The notes: a model not told the origin generated them from the letters alone. A stretch of 64,000 nt of DNA from Octopus sinensis (GCF_006345805.1 NC_043002.1:114452001-114516000); one strand, 5' to 3'; shown: positions 1-11,822, counted from the stretch's first letter. Made by a program: numbers and translations.

Positions 1-40
<40 letters not shown>

Positions 41-99
41 ACATAGCTTATATTCTTTTAAAAGAAGAAAAAGAAAATAGAGATTGGAAAGTTAAAAAT

Positions 100-436
100 T
101 AATCATCTTCCCTTACAGCTGTTTCAATTAATACTTAGTAAATATTAAATTCATATTTATATGACCTGAGCTAATGTCTTCAGAAGAAAAAAATATACCC
201 TTGGGTGTTTTAGATGTTTTTATGGATTCATTATAGCAGACTGCTAAAATGAATCCATAAAAAATCCAAGGGTATATTTTTTCCTTTAAAGATATTATGC
301 TATAATGAATCCATAAATGCATCTAAAACATCCAAGAGCATATTTTTCCTCAGGAGATATTATGCTCAGGTTATATAAATATAAATTTAATATTTACTAA
401 GTATTAATTTAAACAACTGTAAGTGAAGATGGATTA
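100..436. repeat. Fold-back inverted repeat (arms ~100-238 and ~298-436), PLE pLTR-like
   Basis: The left arm ttacagctgtttc...ggattcattatagca is the reverse complement of tgctataatgaatcc...aacaactgtaag. A partial extra copy lies at 242-297, and (TA)n tracts lie close on both sides. Confidence 0.85.
109..188 (-). ncRNA. Minimal type I hammerhead ribozyme
   Basis: Minus strand reads uucuu CUGAAGA cauua..uaauu GAAA cagcug UA aggga. The core is intact, stem III is palindromic and stem I contains G-U pairs. Confidence 0.6.
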
Positions 437-473
437 CTTTGCTGTTAATAATAAACTATATATATATATATAT

Positions 474-943
474 AATGAAAGAATGGAGTCGAACGAAGTT
501 GTTAACAAAATTCCTTTACTCTCGACATATAAATAACAACGATAGCCACTGTGCTTTGAACAATTAGCTTTACGTCCACCCCACTACTATAGAGAAATTC
601 TTTCCTAAACCTTCGAACATTCTTTCAATCAACGTACCCTTCCCTCTCCACTTGTTCCCTACCTATTATTCCTTTATCCCTTCTCTTCCTACTATCTATC
701 TTTGACGTCAATTCTTCTAACGTTTTTTTTTTAAAAAGCACTCATTATCGCTTTGTTTACCATGTAGGCAATCATCGAAATTTTTGTTTGTCTTGTTGTC
801 GAGAGAGGCTCCCTTGCTTTCCTGATGAGAAGATTGCATAATCCACCCTTTATTCCTTTGGAATGAAAATATGCTGTCTTCGAAACATATGTTGAGAGTA
901 AAGGAATTTTGTTAACATCTTCGTTCGACTCCATTCTTTCATT
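474..943. repeat. Inverted repeat (474-530 / 887-943) enclosing a hammerhead
   Basis: aatgaaagaatggagtcgaacgaagttgttaacaaaattcctttactctcgacatat is mirrored by atatgttgagagtaaaggaattttgttaacatcttcgttcgactccattctttcatt. Confidence 0.9.
817..898 (+). ncRNA. Type I hammerhead ribozyme, intact core
   Basis: cuuuc CUGAUGA gaaga..(long loop)..ucuuc GAAA cauaug UU gagag. Stems I and II pair and stem III is a palindrome. The mirrored arm has GUC at the cleavage triplet. Confidence 0.8.
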
Positions 944-1101
944 TATTCATATACAACACATAAATTTCTGCACATGAACCCGGAGTTTCTACCCTTGACA
1001 AGTCGCTTCAACCGTGTTTCTGACGTGAATTTGCTACCCAGGTTTCGGTTAAATGAATGTTCCATGCTGACGATAAACATAGGATAATTCATTCACCTAC
1101 T

Positions 1102-1104
<3 letters not shown>

Positions 1105-1172
<68 letters not shown>
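1105..1172. repeat. (TA)n microsatellite
   Basis: Perfect dinucleotide run. Confidence 0.95.
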
Positions 1173-1175
<3 letters not shown>

Positions 1176-2720
1176 GGAGTAAACACATAAATGTGAAACA
1201 AGGTGGAAAAAAGAGTACTCAAATACCAGTGGTAGAGTAATATGCTTTATTTTAAGCAGCAGAAAATTCAACAAAATCTGTTACTCTGAGTTTCTCGTTG
1301 CCGTTCATCAGACAGTTTTTGCTAGAATGGAACTTATATATTAATTCAATCTATACTCTTACAAACGCTACACCTTTAAAAAGAAATGGACTTGTTTGAT
1401 TGGCCCTTTAGAAAAAACGGTCAATCTTCGAGCGATAAACAAAAAGGTCAAAAATATATGTATATATATATAAAAAAACTTATAAAAATTATAAAATCCG
1501 AGGAAAAAACCGAGGAAAAAACCTATTGCCGTTAATGAAGACAGTGCAAATTAATGCATAGAAATTAAACCTGTTATAAATACTGCAATACATATTTATA
1601 TTAAAATCTACATATATATATCAACATACACAAAAGGATGCGCGTAAACGCCATACATACATATACAGACGTATGAATATGAATCTAAATATACACATAA
1701 AAGCATGTGTACATATATTCACGCAAACCGTCTCGCACGCAAGCTAAAATTCATCTATGTAGCAATTCTCATATACTGAGCAAGGAGGGGGAACGAAAGA
1801 AAGGGAAAGAGAGAAAAAGGAACGAAGGAGGGGTGGGGAAAAAACTTGTAACGATGTTATTGGCATCTATAGAGACTAGTATACATACACAAGTTTGAAT
1901 TGATACATATACATACCGTCGTGTATATGAGTGCTTAAGCACAAACATACTTTCACTTACACATACACAGATACGCATGCTTACAAATACATATGCTTTG
2001 CTATACACATACTTATATAAACATTCTAATTTTGACAACATTGCTTTTTTTTAAAAAAACATTGCTTTTAAAAAAAAAAATGGGTGCATTAATAAAAATA
2101 TATACGAAAGACATATAAAATAAAATATAACATCCTATTTTGGGTCATTTATAAATAATCAAGGTAATATAAATAATCAAGGTAATCCTATGCAATACAA
2201 TAACATAAAAACAAAGTTTGTAGGTTTTTCCTAATATATATGTAGAAACATAAGACTTTGCTATACGGATTAATATCCGCGTAGCTTTGAAACAGAATCA
2301 AAATCCGTCGTAGCGCTCAAGAGTCAAAATCAAAATCAAAAATACAAAATATATACTCTATCCATATGGTATATTTATATTCGACATTTTAAATTTAGCC
2401 GCGTGCCTACATAAGTTCATTAACTCACTTCTTTGATTCAAAGAATTATTGTCTTTGAATAAGATGTGCATTTTTTCTAATAGGCAAAGTCTGCACTTGA
2501 AATTATATTTGTAAGCTCCATGCCTGTATGGTGCCGCCCTGTCCAGAATGCTCCATGTCACGTTGAAAGGTGGGGCTTTCTTTTCTTTTAGTTCCCAGAC
2601 ATATTTTGCTAGGCTGGTTTTCTTCCTATTCTCTGGGTATTTAAAAGAATTTTTATGAGAATAAAATCTTGTTTTAAATGAATTTTCTGAAGCCCCTGTG
2701 TATGTCTTGTATTCCGATGA
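1173..2720 (-). mobile_element. 3' part of a Penelope-like element: GIY-YIG C-terminus (2358-2720), 3' UTR and pLTR
   Basis: YTGASENSFKTRFYSHKNSF..LAKYVWELKE..WSILDRAAPY..CRLCLLEK..LNQRSELMNLCRH is a PLE GIY-YIG C-terminal half. Downstream are a hammerhead, AATAAA and a (TA)n junction. Confidence 0.8.
1278..1315 (-). ncRNA. Minimal type I hammerhead ribozyme in the pLTR
   Basis: cugu CUGAUGA acg gcaa cga GAAA cucagag UA acag. Confidence 0.75.
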
Positions 2721-3083
2721 ATATATATATATGAGTATGTGAAAGCAAAATAAGCTTAATAAAGATAACATAGAGTAGTGCTCAATTGAATGGCAATTTA
2801 AACTCCAACCTCTCAATCCAGGGTGGGTGTCTCTGCATGGGAAGTCGGCTATAAATAGAAAATTCATCCTGCTGTTATGGTGACAGCAAGTCAGGTAAGC
2901 ACAAGCAAGTTTGAGATTTATTTACATGTTACATATATACAAGTTACAGAATAAAGAAAAGAGAGAGCAAAAGTTCAGAAGAATAATGTAAACTCTTATG
3001 TCGACAGTAGTTTGAAGAGCTATAACTTAGGTACTGACCAAATTCATATAAAATATGTGCATGACGTCATAGGTGTATGTCCT

Positions 3084-3754
3084 GTGAAATGGTCTTTTTT
3101 CATGCCGAATTCTACTTGGTGAAATTATTGATTACTTCTTAATTAATTTTACCCTTTGTTATTATTGGTAATGGAATTTTTCTCCTTGATAACAAACTAC
3201 AGTTTTTTTTCTGTAGTATCTTACTTGACGACACGCGCTGATGGTCAGGGGGAGGTGATGAACTTCATTCGTATTTTGAATTCGGCGGCACTAACACTGA
3301 GTGTGATCTGTCTGATACCGTTAGGTGGAGAGATATGTTCAATTATTCCAGTACCTTCGAATTTAATATTTCAATATTTAATATTGTTGGAGTACCATGC
3401 TGATGAGGAAAATGGTTGGTAAAGTATAATTCTATATTCTTTATACCGATCTAATTCCGAAACGCGCGTGCATGGGTGACCAGATATGGATTGATTTTCG
3501 TTATTTTTCCTCTGTGCCTGCGTGGATTGTTTTCAAGTATTTTGGTTTTTCTGGGAGTCCCTTTTTAAAGTAGAAGAAATAGCTAAGGTTTTTTGACTGC
3601 TATTTCTAAACTTCGGTATGTGGTAAAGCAAATCTTTGCTGAACCCTAATTATAAAGTATTACTTAAGTTTAGCGTGAAATGGTCTTTTTTCATGCTGAA
3701 TTCTACTTGGTGAAATTATTGATTACTTCTTAATTAATTAATTTTACCCTTTGT

Positions 3755-3760
<6 letters not shown>
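3084..3760 (+). mobile_element. Retrozyme/pLTR-like unit with direct terminal repeats (3084-3165, 3675-3760)
   Basis: ~82-bp direct repeats 591 bp apart, a central hammerhead, and a terminal (TA)n(GT)n tract. Confidence 0.6.
3395..3475 (+). ncRNA. Type I hammerhead ribozyme (cleavage triplet GUG, probably inactivated)
   Basis: ccaug CUGAUGA ggaa..extended stem..uucc GAAA cgcgcg UG caugg. Confidence 0.75.
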
Positions 3761-3810
<50 letters not shown>

Positions 3811-3811
<1 letters not shown>

Positions 3812-4486
3812 AAAATTAATATAAACAGCCATGCGCAATGTGATACCATAAAGGAAAACTCTAGTCGCCATTGCTAGAAATAAGAGCTAAAATGTTCTAA
3901 TGCTGTAGGAAAAGCATATAAATGTATGCATATATACTCACAGGAGCTGTAATCGCCCAAAACATCAGCTCTTATTTCTAGCAATGTAAGTGTTTAGGGA
4001 CGTTTAGTGACGATTATAATAGTCCTATATAGTTTTCCTATACAGGCGCAAGAGTGGTTGTGTGGTAAGTGGCTTGCTTACCAGCCACATGGTTCCGGGT
4101 TCAGTCCTACTGCGTGGCACCTTGGGCAAGTGTCTTTTACTATAGCCTCGGGCCGACCAAAGCCTTGTGAGTGGATTTGGTAGACGGAAACTGAATGAAG
4201 CCCGTCGTATATATGTATATATATATATGTATGTGCGTGTATATGTTTGTGTATCTATGTTCCCCCCCCCCCGCCAACGTCGCTTGACAACCGATGCTGC
4301 TGTGTTTACGTCCCCGTAACTTAGCGGTTCGGCAAAAGATACCGATACAATATGTACTAGGCTTACAAAGAATAAGACCTGGGGTCGATTTGCTTGGTTA
4401 AAAGCGGTGCTCCAGCATGGCTAGTCATATGACTGAAACAAGTAAAAGAGTAACACATTGCGCATGGCCGTTTATATTAATTTTTC
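3811..4486. repeat. Palindromic element (terminal IR 3811-3842 / 4454-4486, inner IR ~3870-3890 / ~3966-3986) interrupted by a SINE
   Basis: gaaaattaatataaacagccatgcgcaatgtg pairs with cacattgcgcatggccgtttatattaatttttc. Confidence 0.7.
4044..4452 (+). mobile_element. tRNA-derived SINE, family A (full length)
   Basis: A/B-box head gtggttgtgtggtaag...ggttcagtcc, ccttgggcaag core, internal (TA)(TG) tract and gactgaaacaagtaaaagagt tail. Many copies occur in the window. Confidence 0.9.
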
Positions 4487-4581
4487 TATACACATTAGTG
4501 ATTCGCTAAATCATCATCATTAAATTTTTATGGTAAATACATATTAAGAGAGGTTTGACCCGGAATCTGCCGATCAAGCTG

Positions 4582-4634
4582 TCCTTACTGAGGAGGCTAC
4601 AGAAATAGATAAAACTGAACGTTCAGCTTAAGGA
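4582..4634 (+). ncRNA. Degenerate type I hammerhead
   Basis: uccuua CUGAGGA ggcua cagaaa uagau AAAA cugaacguucag CU uaagga. Stem I is perfect and stem III is a 12-nt palindrome, but GAAA and UH are mutated. Confidence 0.55.
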
Positions 4635-4719
4635 TTTCTCGAGTTTATGTGCTACATACGTGTGTAAATATACATACACACACGTATATGCATGTGTGCA
4701 TAAGTATATGTACGTATGG

Positions 4720-4828
<109 letters not shown>

Positions 4829-5284
4829 ACACACATGCACAAAATTATAACCGATAACGATGTTTGTGATGTATAGAATATTTTATACAGAATCCATTGA
4901 AGAAGAACATTGACGAAGCTGAGCAAATCTAGTAAAACTATTATACTATGACTGTGATCTATGATATTTTTCATAAATATTTCTGGAATAAAATTGTTAC
5001 AATATAGCATGAATGGATCAACATAGATTTTTAGATTCATAGTATGAGAAAACAATGGAACGTAAAGAGAGGGAGATATCTGATATATTTGTACTTTTAA
5101 TATTCCCTTCACTTTTTTTTTCTTAATTACAGAACATTTTTTTCATACCAACATTCAAGCTCTATTTTAACCGAAACATGCCATATTGCAATAATTTTTC
5201 AGAAACCATTTTTGAATAATTCTAAAGGTGAAAAATAACATTACTGAATTTCTTCTTGTTCACTATCATATGTATGTAATTCTT

Positions 5285-6240
5285 CAGTTTTATTTCAAAA
5301 TTTCTTGCTAATAGAGAAAGAATCGGTTTCAAACAAAGACCTAAGCCGCCTTCATTGCAATTTCAACAATATCAACAGGTAATTTTTGTATGTACGTACA
5401 TATATTGTCAGATTTGTATGTATGTATGTATGTATGTATGTATGTATGTATGTATGTATGTATGTATGTATGTATGTATGTATGTACGTGCGTATGTATG
5501 TATTCATGCATGCATGCATGCGTGTATGTATGTATGTATGTATGTATGTATGTATGTATGTATGTGCGTATGTTCACTTCCTCTTTATAATAAATAATAA
5601 ATGCACCCTTTTAAAACCTAGCCAGGCTCATGGGCCCAGTTTCCCGGTTTCTATGGTGTATGTGTTCCTCAGCTGGACAGGACGCCAGTCCATCGCAGCG
5701 TTACTCATTTTTGCCAGCTGAGTGGACTGGAGCAACGTGAAATGAAGTGTTTTGCTCAAAAACACACGTCGCCCTGTCCAGGAATCGTAACCACAATCTT
5801 ACGATCATGGTGCTGACACCCTAACCACTAAGCCACACGTCTCCACCTTCCTCTTTATAATTTAGACTAAATTTTGACCTGCTACCTACTTGGTAGCAAG
5901 GTCATGAAGGAAAGTGTCTTTTAACCATCATCCTCTAAATCTTAAGAAAGTCTTGCAGATTTTTATAGTGCCAGATATCGTGATCATTTGTAGCCAACGA
6001 ATTAAATATTTGTGTTCTCTCCCCAAAATCTCAAGTTTAGCTATGCTTTGCTCCAGACGGGCTTGTATGTATCTTGTTGTTCCAATAATGGAAGGTATGA
6101 AGCTGAAACTGTATTTTGGGCATTAGATTTACAAGGTGTGCTCTTTCTCTTGTATTTTTCTAACTACATTCGTGTCCATAGGGCAGCTGATTTCCACAGC
6201 AGAACATATCTTAACTTGTGGTCCCACACAACGATATATC
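5285..6240 (-). mobile_element. 3' remnant of an RLE-type non-LTR retrotransposon associated with (CATA)n
   Basis: 5928-6240 translates ..VEISCPMDTNVVRKIQEKE..FIPSIIGTTRY..GTIKICKTFLRF*, a PD-(D/E)xK restriction-like endonuclease C-terminus. The terminal segment 5285-5390 is shared with 21095-21180 and 21675-21770. Confidence 0.7.
5592..5846 (-). mobile_element. tRNA-derived SINE, family D, with 15-bp TSD
   Basis: Head gtggcttagtggttagggtg and central ctgcgatggactggcgtcctgtccag. TSD cttcctctttataat at 5577-5591 and 5847-5861. Confidence 0.9.
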
Positions 6241-6250
6241 AACGATAAAT

Positions 6251-6425
6251 GTATGTATGTATGTATGTATGTATGTATGTATGTATGTATGTATGTATGT
6301 ATGTACGTATGTATGTATGTATGTATGTATGTATGTATGTATGTATCTATGTATGTATGTATGTATGTATGTATGTATATGTGTATGTGTGTGTGTGAGT
6401 GTGTGTGTGTGTGCGTGTATGTATG
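6251..6425. repeat. (TATG)n/(TG)n microsatellite
   Basis: Simple repeat; similar arrays at 5416-5565, 21773-22045 and 31037-31116. Confidence 0.95.
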
Positions 6426-6934
6426 TAAATGAATTCACGGTCAGCCAATCGATGAAAGTGAATGACCATCCAATGTTTAGTTAGATATCGCTTTAGACAG
6501 AGAACGTTGTTACTTTGTAGGGATTCAATAACGTAGACTGGTTATTCTTGAGCAAATGCATAAGTTGTTTAGATAATGAGATTGGCTCCGTGCAAGCCTT
6601 TCCCCACTTTAAAAGGCTTCATGCACAAGCATCGTTTGATGTATAACATCTCTATCATATGTTGCATAATATGGTTGGCTGTAGGCCTAAAAAAAGATAA
6701 ATCACTTAATAAAACGTCCCATGACAGAATGAAGGGTTGTGTCAGTTTGGGCTGTAAGCCATCTCAACACCGAGTGCAGTAGGCGGCCATCGTTGCTACA
6801 TCTGTGCGAAATAGTGTAAGTCTTTAGCAATAAAGTCACATCCATGCTGCTGCTGCTGATAAAAAAATAACACAACCAATGGCATTCCTCGAAATAGAGA
6901 CGCACCCACCACGTGTGTGTGTGCGTGTATATGT

Positions 6935-7339
<405 letters not shown>

Positions 7340-7389
7340 GTGTGTGTGTGTGTTTGTGCGTGCGTGCATGTTCGTATGTACACACACAC

Positions 7390-7548
7390 ATATGACGGGT
7401 TTCTTCCAGTTTCCTTGTACCAAATTCACCCACAAGGCCTTGGCCGACCCGATTCTATAGTAGAAGACTCTGGTCCAAGATGCTACGCAGTGGGACTGAA
7501 ACCGGAATTATGTGGTTGAGAAGCAAACTTCTTACCACACTACCACGC
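7390..7548 (-). mobile_element. SINE family A, 5' half
   Basis: Similar to the 4044-4452 head. Confidence 0.75.
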
Positions 7549-8494
7549 ATGCGCTACTTCCGCACCTATGTGTGTGTAATGTATCTCTCTCGCACTCTCT
7601 CTCTCTCCCTCTCTCACACACACACTCACATACATACACACACACGCTTCCGAAATTTTGTATGTTTTATTTCTAATACATGTATTTTATGACTGACCAT
7701 CTGCTAATAAAATTCTATATGAAAATAGAGTTGGCTGAATTTTTTGGTTAAAGAAACATTTATACAATTGGGGATACTTTGTGGAGGTAAGTTAATTGGT
7801 TTCAAAGTTTGCTTAGAAACATTATTATTTCTTCAGTTGTTGATTGAAAACAGCATGTAATAGGAACTCTCATTTCCTATTATTTTAAAATCAATGATGT
7901 TTATAACCCATCAATAGATGTCATTAATCACAAAAGCTTAAACCGCAAGAACCCACAATTTTATGTATACTATATCACGTATAAAAGAAGCATAATTTAG
8001 CCAACGATTGAAAATCTTAAAACATGACTAACCGAGCTTTAATTCATAGATTCATTGGTTCATAGTAATTAGAGACATGACAGATTTCTATTGATATAGG
8101 AGATTAATGATTTGCATCAATGATCTACTTCGTGTCGCTTAGCAACTCAGTGCATCTGTTGGAAATATAATACCCTCAAATTGTTGATTCACTTCATATC
8201 ATGCATTAACGTTTAATACATTCATACTATACGGTTGATGTTATCAGTTGGGGGTTTTGCTTTAAAACCTAGATCATTTATGGTATTATGGCAAAGAGTG
8301 ATATTAATATCATAATCCTCTGTGTCAAGAGTAAATTAATGCCCATTTTTAGAAAATAAAAGTGTTTTGAAGTAAAATGCCAAAATGAAACAATAAAATA
8401 TGATTATCAAGAGGTAAAAATGCTCAGAACACGAAGACGGATAAGATGAATATTTTACTTTCATTTATTTCAAGTTTGGTTCATCATATTACTG

Positions 8495-8680
8495 GTTTCA
8501 AATTTTAGCGCAAGGCCAGCAATTTCAGGGAAGTGGGTAAGTCGATTACATCGACCCCAGTACTCATCTGGTACTTATTTTATCGATTGCGAAAGGATGA
8601 AAGGCAAAATCGACCTCGGCGGAATTTGAACTCAGAATGTAAAGACGGACGAGAAACCGCTGACTATTTTGCCTGGCGTA
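8495..8680 (-). mobile_element. SINE family B, degenerate
   Basis: Contains the cgaaaggatgaaaggcaaaatcgacctcggcggaatttgaactcag core. Confidence 0.8.
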
Positions 8681-8701
8681 CTTTTTTCGTTCATCATATT
8701 A

Positions 8702-10746
8702 CACTAGGCAAAAAAAAAATGTTTTGTCTGGTGCCTGGAATATTCCAACGAATTCATAAGTGATTTTGCCTGCTAAATTCAAAAATGACTTCAGTTTTTC
8801 TCTATCAGGTCTTAGTTTTCTGACTTAGTCTGATATAGTAAGTATTTTATTCATACAAAAGACATATTGTATGAATCAATAAACAGAGCGTAACACAAAG
8901 CAAAACAAAGTACAAATAAAAATTCAAAACTGAAAATTCACATTGGCAAAGAATTTTGGAAGAAAATTCAAGGAATAAATTTACACTGTTTTGTGCACCA
9001 TGAATATTTAGCAGGAGTATCTCGTTTTAAACACCGGCTTAGTCTGCCGTCATCACAGCGTCCCAACCGAGTTTTCCTCTCCTTGGTGTCCTGATGGAAT
9101 CGTTCGCCCTGTTCATCGCTAACATCTCCGAGATTTTCAGGAAAACGATCAAGATGACTAAAAAGATAATGTCTTTTGATGCTTATATTCGCGCCACTAT
9201 CATGAAAGGTTGATATCAAATTGGTAACAAGGTCTTTATAGTTTTCACTTATGTATTTCGCAAGGGGATTTTGCATTACTTCTGCAAAGGCTAGCCAAGC
9301 TGATGCTTCATTTTCGCTCATTGCTTTCACAAAATTTGTGTCCTTCATGAGCTTGCGGATCTGTGGTCCATCAAAAATCCCTGCTTTAATTTTTTTACAA
9401 TCGTCAAGTCTGGAAATACATTGCATCTTTTGTTCGAGGCGGCCAGTCTTTCTTAACAGAGTGGTTTACTCGGTCTCTACTGTTCCGCATGCAAAGAAAG
9501 CATGGGTATTTGGTATAACCAGTTTGCTGTCCCATGAGAAAATTCACCATCTTTAAGTCAACGCAGATGACCCATTTATAATCATGATACTGTACCTTCT
9601 CTAAAACCAACCTAATTTTTTCATATTTTTCATTCAGAGTTGTTGAGTGGCCGAGTGGGACAGAGCCACACATTTCCGTTGAACAACAACATACATTTTA
9701 AATTACGCTTAGAGCTGTCTGTGAAAAGACACCATTCCTCTGGTTTGTATTCCTCAATGCCAAGTTTATTACGAAGCCCACTGACATCTCTGCAGTAAAC
9801 CAGCGCTTCCTCTTTTGTGAAGAAAGAAAGGAACTCTTCATGCCGACTCTGATAAAAGGTTATACGGACACCATTCTTTAGAAGTTTCTGCTCTTTCAGT
9901 CGGGAAGCCAACAATTCTGCAGAATTTTTTGGGGGGTGGGGAGGTTTAAGTCATGAGCTAAATCATTCAGCTCTACCTGGAAGAATAGCTGAGGTAAAGT
10001 CTTAGCTGAAAAGTCTTGATCTCTAGTGTCAACTTCAGGTGATGAATCTTCTTTGGTTGAGGGTAAAGTTATCTGAAGCAAGACATTGAAGTCAGGAACA
10101 GAAAGCTCGTCACTGTGTGGAACCGGTCCAATAGCAGAGGCAAGATTAGGCTAGATAAGCGTTTGTCGATTTTCCACTTAATACCCTTCAAATCTAGGTT
10201 ACAAAAATAGAACTCCACGTGATTATAGTGCTCCCGCCATATGGCAAATCTCATACTTTTCCTTGTCCCTTTAGTCCATTGTTGCAAATGTTCTGTACAT
10301 TGTTTGCAGACACTATGCTGTGCCCAATATGTATCTTGGTCTCGCAGGTTGACCCCAAATATGCCATATCTGCTCTTTCAACAAAATCAGTAATGTTTTT
10401 TCCGATTTTCAGGTAATGTGTATTCTCCACAAACATAACAAAACACATTTGGAGAATTAATGCAACACCTTCTTGAACAGGACATCTTGCTCATTTTCTA
10501 TTGTTTAGTTCACCATAACTTCTAAAATGTAAGGAAAAAAGAAAAAACAAGAACATAGAATTAGAATAAGGTAACGAACACTGCGTACTGTACGTGCGCA
10601 CATATACATTGTGACTATAGGGATGTTCAAAAACTTAAAAACTAGATCTGACAGGTCAAAAAGAAGGTAATATTTGAATTTAGGAGACATATTTTGTATT
10701 GGTATGATGTATATTTCCTAAACACCAGAAACCTTGTAGACCAGTG
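8702..10746 (-). mobile_element. Chapaev3-type (CMC) DNA transposon with pseudogenised transposase (10494 to 8968)
   Basis: Motifs FCYVCGEY, WREHYNH..YFC, WCLFTDSSKRNLKCMLL, WVICVDLKMVNFLMGQQTGYTKYPCFLC, KIKAGIFDGPQIR and HYLFSHLDRFPENLGDVSDEQGERFHQD. Termini are CACT.../...AGTG with weak TIRs. There are frameshifts and an internal deletion near 9420. Confidence 0.8.
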
Positions 10747-10751
10747 TCATT

Positions 10752-11210
10752 GATTTCAAATTTTGGCACAAGACCAGTAATTTGGTGGGAGAGAATAGTC
10801 GATTATATCAACCCCAGTGCTTAACTGGTTCTTATTTTATCGACCCCAAGAAGATGAACGGCAAAGTCTATCCCGGTGGCACTTGAATACAGAACGTAAA
10901 AACGGACGAAATGCTGTCAAGCATTTTGTCCAGCGTTCTAACAATTCTGCCAGCTCGTCGCCCTCATTCAAGTTATTGACAATTAGTTGTATAATGTCAA
11001 ATAAATGTAAGGCGGAAAGCTGGCGGAATCGTTAGTATGCCGGGCAAAATGTTTAGTGACATTTCGTCTATCTTTACGTTCTAAGTTCAAATTCCACCGT
11101 GGTCGACTCTGCCTTTCATCCTCTCGTGATCGATAAAATAAGTACCAGTTGAACACTGGGTTCGATGTAACCCCTCCCCCTAAATTTCTGGCCTTGTGCC
11201 AAATTTTAAT
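10752..11210. mobile_element. Two divergent SINE B copies (10752-10963 minus, 11009-11210 plus)
   Basis: The core motif is present in both orientations. Confidence 0.8.
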
Positions 11211-11269
11211 GCCAGTATCTACTAAATGCCATACTCTATCATATTGACAACAATATCTTTTTGTATTAT

Positions 11270-11822
11270 CCGGGCGAAATACTTAGCGGTATTTCGTCTG
11301 CTGCTACGTTCTGAGTTCAAATTCCGCTGAGCTCGACTTTGACTTTCATCCTTTCGGGGTCGATTAAATAATTACCAGTTACGCACTGGGGTCGATATAA
11401 TCGATTTAATCCGTTTGACTGTCCTTGTTTGTCCCCCTGTGTGTAGCCCCTTGTGGGCAGTAAAGAAATAGGTATTTCGTCTGTCTTTATGTTCTGAGTG
11501 CAAATTCCGCCGAGGTCGACTTTGCATTTCATCCTTTCGGGGTCGATTAAATAAGTACCAATTACGCACTGGGGTCCATGTAATCAACTTAATCAGTTTG
11601 TCTGTCCTTGTTTGTCCTCTCTGTGTTTAGCCCCTCGTGGGTAGTAAAGAAATAGGTATTTCGTCTACCGCTACGTTCTGAGTTAAAATTCCGCCGAGGT
11701 CGACTTTGCCTTTCATCCTTTTGCCGTCGATAAAATAATTACCAGTTGCGTACTGTGGTTGTTCTAATCGACTATCCCACTCCCCCAAAATTTAGGGCCT
11801 TGTGCCTAAAGTAGAAAAGAAT
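11270..11822 (+). mobile_element. Head-to-tail array of three SINE B units
   Basis: Junctions gtaaagaaata|ggtatttcgtct at 11470/11471 and 11654/11655. The last unit carries the alternative cccccaaaatttagggccttgtgcc tail. Confidence 0.9.

Noticed and set aside
11270-11822. CRISPR-like array
   Set aside because: Units are ~185-bp SINE copies without unique spacers, the context is eukaryotic, and there are no cas genes.
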